The notes beneath the pieces were generated by a model. That model saw nothing but the letters and a program-made list of their open reading frames with translations, was not told the origin of the DNA and made no database searches. The position numbers and the translations under genes were made by a program. Shown here in pieces: positions 27,924-35,994 of a stretch of 35,994 nt of DNA (its first letter is position 1; every line of letters starts with the position of its first letter). Source of the DNA: Deltaproteobacteria bacterium (GTDB taxonomy: Bacteria > Myxococcota > JACRCW01); contig JACRCW010000062.1 of the NCBI GenBank assembly GCA_016218805.1, positions 1 to 35,994 on the forward strand, in the 5' to 3' direction.

Positions 27924-30209
27924 TCAACCCAGCCGGGCCAGGATGTCCGCCGGGAGTGCGGCCTTGAACTTCCGCACGTGCTCCATGTTGCCCGAGTAGT
28001 CGTGGTGCTCCTCGTCCAGCAGCTTGCTGATGGGGCCAAACGGGATGTTCTCCGGCAGGCCCAGGTGGCGCAGCATGCCGGTCCAGATCGTTTCGTCCCG
28101 GCCCCAGCGGCTCTGGTCATACAGGATGCTGAACGCGGCAAACGTGAGCCCCATCAGCTTGGCGTCCACCCCCGTCAGGTTCTGCTCCTTGGCAATGGTC
28201 TGGATGAACTCATAGGAGGCCACCGCGCGCAGGCCTTCCACGCTCATGTGCGCGTGGTTGGCGTTCACCTGCATCTTGAGGATCTTGGACCCATCCGGCG
28301 CGGTGTCCTTCTCAAACCGCACAATCGCCTTCTCGCCCGCCTTGGGGGTGAAGTAGCCGTCGCCCAGGATGTTCTGCTTCTTGTAGTCCTGCGTGACCGA
28401 GTTGTAGCCCGTACCCGTGTTGAGGGCCTGCGCGGCCAGGTGCGGCACGGTGCCTTCCAGGACTTCAGCGGGCCGTGACGGCGTGACGGCGTCAAACTCG
28501 CGCAGCGTGTCCGCGGTGGGCTTGAACGTGTCAAAGTTGGCAAACTTGTCCAGGTAGTCCGCCTGACCGTCATGGTCCGTGTCCAGGACCTTGCGGCGGA
28601 TCTCCGTGTGCACGGGCGAAATGTAGTTGGTGCCGCCGGGCATCACGTGGCTCCACGGGAACAACACGCCGTTTTCGCGGATGTTGTCGTTGAGCTTCTC
28701 CCAGCTCAGCCGCTTCACGCTGCCCTCGACGACCTCCATCAGCGTGTTGAAATTCTCGCTTTCGTTCATCACCTTCTTGCCGGCGCGCGTGGTGGTGTCA
28801 AAGTAGCTGGACGTGAAGGTGGTGAGCACCTGCGCGTCGGGGTAGCGCTCGCGCATGTTGTGGATGTTGTCCTTGCCCGCGCACAGGCCGGTGAAGATGA
28901 GTTTCTTCCCCTTGGAATCCGGCGAATTCACCAGCGCGTCCGGGACGGTGCGGCCCAGGTCGCTGTGACCGTCGTAGCCGACGATGTGGACGTCCTCCTT
29001 GTTCATGTCACGGAACAGGTCATCACGGTTGATGCCCACCTTGATGCGGATTTCCATCTCCTGCCCGCCGGGCGGGGTCACCTTCTTCACAAACGTCCCC
29101 GGACCGCGCGCCGGCACGTTGCCCTCCGGCGTGAACCCGCGGTCCTTCAACATGTCCACGTAGCCGGGGAAGAACTCCTCGTCCTCGCCGGTGGACCAGC
29201 TGACGTTGAGCGTGCGGTTTCCGTTCTTGAACCACTCATCATACGGCGGGCTGCGCGGGGCCAGTTGGTCCACCAGCGGCTGCGCCAGCGCCTTGAGGTC
29301 CGCCGGCAGCGACGACGACACGCGCGCCAGGTTCCACGTCATGGAGTCGCGCAGGATCGGGTTGGTCTCCGCCTTCAGCGTGTTCACGTACTGGGTGATG
29401 GCCTTGTGTTTGAGCTGCGCGTCGCCGCCGGCGGCTTCGGCCAGCGCCAGGAGCACGGTGGCCGCAGACGAACGCATCTGCAGCACCTGCTTGGCAGAGA
29501 GCCCCGCGGGCGCGGGCGCGCCCACCGCCACACTGCCCAGCGCGTCCGTCAGGTTGGCCAGCACCTTGGTGCGGTCCGCTGCCGTGACCGCGGTTCCCGC
29601 CAGCGGGTTGGCCTTCAGGTCATCCACCAGATCCGCCATGCGGAACAGCCCGGAGCCCAGTTCCGTGGGCGTGCGCGGCTTGTCCTGGTCCTTGCCCTCC
29701 ACAAAGAATCCCGAGGGTGAGAGGAACACCGGGCGGTACGTGCCGGTGGGGTCCAGCGGCTTGCCCGCACCGGTCTGCTCCGGTGTGCCCGTGAGTGACT
29801 GCAGCTTGTCCTTGGCATCCACCGTCATCTTGTTGGCCACCATCACGGCGGCCAGGCTGTACTTCTCATTGCTGCTGATCTTGCCGTCCTTCTGCACCAG
29901 GTCAGCAATCTTCTGCGCGTCACCACCGTCAATGACGCCGTCATCCTTCTCCAGCGTGTGCGCCAGGTTGCGCACGGTGGCGTTGGGAATGGCCAGGAAC
30001 GCCTTGAGCCGCTCATTGTCCGGCGCGGCCATCTTGTCCTGGTAGGCGGTCAGGATCTCACGCAGCTCCGCCTTGGCCACCGTGGACAGCGTGCCTGGGC
30101 CCATGGCCGTATCAATGAGCTTGCCCACGTCCTGTTTGGAGAGCTTACCGTCGGCAGCAAGGGTCCTGGCGAGCGCGCGGAGTTGGCCGGGGGCGATGGG
30201 CGTGGGCAT
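27924..30209 (-). CDS. 761-aa hypothetical protein with duplicated N-terminal helical domain, candidate His/Cys peptidase-like domain and DxDxDG motif
   Basis: AGGAG RBS before MPTPIAP; strong coding bias; no signal peptide; HIVGYDGHS...KLIFTGLC; DTDHDGQADYLD. Confidence 0.8.
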   Translation of the reverse strand: MPTPIAPGQLRALARTLAADGKLSKQDVGKLIDTAMGPGTLSTVAKAELREILTAYQDKMAAPDNERLKAFLAIPNATVRNLAHTLEKDDGVIDGGDAQKIADLVQKDGKISSNEKYSLAAVMVANKMTVDAKDKLQSLTGTPEQTGAGKPLDPTGTYRPVFLSPSGFFVEGKDQDKPRTPTELGSGLFRMADLVDDLKANPLAGTAVTAADRTKVLANLTDALGSVAVGAPAPAGLSAKQVLQMRSSAATVLLALAEAAGGDAQLKHKAITQYVNTLKAETNPILRDSMTWNLARVSSSLPADLKALAQPLVDQLAPRSPPYDEWFKNGNRTLNVSWSTGEDEEFFPGYVDMLKDRGFTPEGNVPARGPGTFVKKVTPPGGQEMEIRIKVGINRDDLFRDMNKEDVHIVGYDGHSDLGRTVPDALVNSPDSKGKKLIFTGLCAGKDNIHNMRERYPDAQVLTTFTSSYFDTTTRAGKKVMNESENFNTLMEVVEGSVKRLSWEKLNDNIRENGVLFPWSHVMPGGTNYISPVHTEIRRKVLDTDHDGQADYLDKFANFDTFKPTADTLREFDAVTPSRPAEVLEGTVPHLAAQALNTGTGYNSVTQDYKKQNILGDGYFTPKAGEKAIVRFEKDTAPDGSKILKMQVNANHAHMSVEGLRAVASYEFIQTIAKEQNLTGVDAKLMGLTFAAFSILYDQSRWGRDETIWTGMLRHLGLPENIPFGPISKLLDEEHHDYSGNMEHVRKFKAALPADILARLG

Positions 30210-30373
30210 GGAGGGCTCCTGTGAATGGGAAGTCCGCGCACGCTGGATAAAAACGCGGCAATACGCAAGTGCCCGCGACGTCACCCGGCAACAGCGCGAC
30301 GTGGATCAGACCCTGTGCCGCATTGGGCGGGGGACGAGCCCGGACGAGCCCCCGCCCTACGACGAGAGAGCGG

Positions 30374-30447
30374 GGGAACGACTGCGGCGGGGGTTGCGTG
30401 AAGACGAGGGAGGCCGGGAACGACAGCGGCGGGATCGCGTGAAAACG
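30374..30447. repeat. Imperfect ~32-bp direct repeat, two copies, 42-bp period
   Basis: GGGAACGACTGCGGCGGGGGTTGCGTGAAGACG (30374-30406) versus GGGAACGACAGCGGCGGGATCGCGTGAAAACG (30416-30447). Confidence 0.7.
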
Positions 30448-30541
30448 GGGGCGAATCAACGAAGGCGCACCACGCGCGGAAACCTCCGCGGAACCGCGCC
30501 CCTGGGCCGTGGTCCTCACCCACCGGGGGATCAAGATCGCA

Positions 30542-31671
30542 TCAGCTCTGCGGAACCGGGCTCCCGGCGCTGTGGCGCGCCAGGCGTTCGTCCAGCAGCG
30601 AGCACACGACCGGCGTCACCACGAGGGTGAGGACGAGCGACAGCGTCTGGCCGCCGATGACGATGACGGCGATGCCGCGCCGTTCCGCGGCGCCAGGGCC
30701 GGTGCCCACGGCAAGCGGGATCATCCCCGCAACGAGGGCGAGCGTGGTCATCAGGATGGGGCGCAGCCGGTCCGGGTGCCCTGCTTCACCGCGGCCAGGC
30801 GCTCCATGCCGTTCCGCTGCAACGCAATCATGTGGTCCACCTGCAGGATGGCGTTCTTCTTCACCACCCCCAGCAGCACCAGGATACCCAGCGCCGAATA
30901 CAGATTGAGCGTGTCCCCCGCGAGCCACACGCTCAGCAGTGAGAACGGCAGGAGAGGCAGCGACAGCAGGATGGTGAACGGGAGCACCACGCTCTCAAAC
31001 TGCGACGCGAGGATCATGTACATGAGCAGGATGGAGAGCATGAATGCGATGAGGAACTCGCGCAGGGTGCGCTCCATCTCACGGCCGCCTCTTCCTCCGC
31101 GGCGAGCAGGTTGCCTTCCGCCACCGCCACGGCCGTGTCCGCAGCTTCCATCGTCGTGGGGGCCACCTGGCCCTGCCTGAACAACTCCGCCACGCGCGCC
31201 CGGTTTCCGCGCACCTGCTCCAGCACGGCGCGCGCCTGCTTCACCTGGCTGGCCTGCTCCACGGCAGCCGCCGCGCCTGACCCCGCGCGCGCGCGCCTGC
31301 GCCAACAGCGCCTCCGCCTGTTGCACCCGCAGTTCCATTTCCCGCGCATCCAGCGCCACCAGCAGCTGCCCGCGCTTCACGGAGCTGGCCAGGTCCACGT
31401 GGACGGCCTGCACGCGCCCCGCAACCTGGAACGCCAGGGTTGCCCGCTCGTCAGCCACCAGCACGCCGGTTCACCTCCACCCGGCGCTCCATGCGTGCCG
31501 GCGCCACCGTGAACCTGTCCGCGGGCGCCGCCTCCACCCGCAACGGCGCTGCCGCGGGGCGCTCCACCCGGGCGGCTCCCGGCACGACGCCACGCCCGCC
31601 AGCAGCACGACCGCGGCGAGGCGGGTGCAGCGGTGGCGCACGTCGTGGGGGGCGCGTGTGGCGGAGACCAT
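30542..31671 (-). pseudogene. Collapsed RND efflux locus: N-terminal part of the periplasmic adaptor (MFP) joined to the last TM helices of an AcrB/MdtB-like permease
   Basis: Adaptor fragments (lipoprotein signal VASC; ATLAFQVAGRVQAVHVDL...KRGQLL) and permease motifs (ILASQFES, GVVKKNAILQVD, RLRPILMTT, VIGG...SLVLTL) are split over several frames. Confidence 0.85.
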
Positions 31672-32005
31672 GGGCGCGGGAAGGTGCCTGCTTGCGGTGG
31701 TTTGGGCAAGCCGCCAGCGCGCGCCAAGCGCGCGAATACCGGAGAATCACCGCACCACCCGGCGCACGCACTTCGTGATCCCGTTGCGCTGCGGGCGGGG
31801 CTTGCGTGGGCGCAACCCGGGACGGGGGATGCGGCGGCCGCTCAAGCACCAGCGCACCCGTTTCGAACAGTCCTGTCGCGATTCCCCGACGGAAAGCACG
31901 TGTTTCCCGGAGTGCGCAGCGCGTGCGCGCGTCCGGCGGACGCCTCCGCGTATCTGTGCGCGCCACGACGGATGTGCGCGCCACCGGCGGCGTATGCCTG
32001 AATCA

Positions 32006-35120
<3,115 letters not shown>

Positions 35121-35159
35121 CCCGCGGTAACGGGGAGCCCATGGCTCCATGAACGGGAC

Positions 35160-35200
35160 GGGGCGGGGGCGTGCACAGCGCCTCCGCCCCTTTCTGTTTT
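35160..35200 (+). terminator. Rho-independent terminator of the cytochrome gene
   Basis: GGGGCGGGGGCG-TGCACAG-CGCCTCCGCCCC stem followed by TTTCTGTTTT. Confidence 0.8.
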
Positions 35201-35421
35201 CCGCGTGGTTCACCGCGGGCGGCGCCCCGTCACCACCCGCGCAGCAGCGCGCCGCACAGCCCGCCCATCCGTCTTCACCGGCAGCTCCTCCTGCGCGGGT
35301 CGCACCCGCATCCGGTCGCGGTTGGCCCAGTCCCGCTTCCGCGTGGAATCTGCGCGCACGCCGTCCCGGACTTCCGCGCCACCCAGTGCTACAGCGCGCT
35401 GCCGTGCTCCTGGAGACCTGA

Positions 35422-35994
35422 ATGCCCCGCTTCTTCAACACCGCCGGTCCTTGCAGAGCTGAAGACCACTACATGCTCCCGCCCGAGCGCCGCCTCGCAG
35501 AGATCCGCCGTCTCGTCGATGAGAAGAAGTACTTCGTCATCCACGCGGCGCGGCAGTGCGGGAAGACCACGGCCATGCTCGCCCTGGCACGCCAGCTCAC
35601 CGCCGAAGGCCGCTACGCCGCGCTGCTGGTGTCCATGGAGGTGGGGCAGCCGTGGGGCGACCAACCGGGCAAGGCGGAGCAGGCTGTGCTCCAAGCGTGG
35701 CGGTCATGGGCGAACGCCTTCCTCCCTCCGGAACTGCGGCCGCCACCCTGGCCGGAAGTCTCGGACGGCAGCCGAATCAGTGCCGCCCTGGAGGCATGGT
35801 GCGTGACGGCCCCCCGTCCCCTTGTGCTGTTCCTTGACGAGATCGACGCGCTCCACAACCAGGCGTTGGTGTCCGTGCTCCGCCAGCTCCGTGACGGGTA
35901 TGGCAAGCGTCCGCAAGGCTTCCCGTGGTCCCTGGGCCTCATCGGCCTGCGCGACGTGCGCGACTACAAGGTTGCCTCCGGCGGCGGCGAGCGC
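35422..35994 (+). CDS. AAA-like ATP-binding protein, truncated by the window end (absent from the ORF track)
   Basis: My translation gives MPRFFNTAGPC...HYMLPP...YFVIHAARQCGKTT (Walker A)...LVLFLDEIDAL (Walker B)...SVLRQLRDG...GLRDVRDYK, open to 35994. Confidence 0.88.
   Translation, partial: MPRFFNTAGPCRAEDHYMLPPERRLAEIRRLVDEKKYFVIHAARQCGKTTAMLALARQLTAEGRYAALLVSMEVGQPWGDQPGKAEQAVLQAWRSWANAFLPPELRPPPWPEVSDGSRISAALEAWCVTAPRPLVLFLDEIDALHNQALVSVLRQLRDGYGKRPQGFPWSLGLIGLRDVRDYKVASGGGER

Noticed and set aside
30255..30275. Sigma54 promoter (GGCAC...TTGC) on the minus strand before the 30209 gene
   Set aside because: GG-to-GC spacing is 12 nt rather than the required 10.
30542..31671. A functional mini-RND fusion made by programmed frameshifting
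   Set aside because: It would need about five frame changes, no slippery sites are evident, and most of the transporter is missing.

Overview
GC-rich (~70%) chromosomal window from a myxobacterium-like organism (Myxococcota). 121-8678 holds a gliding-motility Glt G1-type cluster (gltD/agmU, gltE/aglT, gltF, gltG, probable gltH/cglE). It runs directly into a tightly coupled run of housekeeping and envelope genes: DUF697-like protein, thioesterase, a GlpX with an altered metal motif, a PEGA-like protein, PduO and a GT-C-like membrane enzyme. Next come two Cys-rich/Ser-linker surface proteins (DNRLRE, NHL), a GldA / fused GldF-GldG / DUF4340 ABC system, aceK, a Ser-rich lipoprotein and a DUF4476 protein. 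The right end has an unannotated 761-aa protein with a candidate His/Cys protease dyad, a collapsed RND efflux pseudogene, a stand-alone MtrC/OmcA-like 10-heme lipoprotein on a 49-triplet collagen stalk, and a truncated AAA-like ATPase. No rRNA, tRNA, CRISPR array or transposase was recognised. The strongest novelty candidates are the collagen-stalked multiheme cytochrome and the putative clan-CD-like protease. All calls come from motif recognition by eye; no searches were run.
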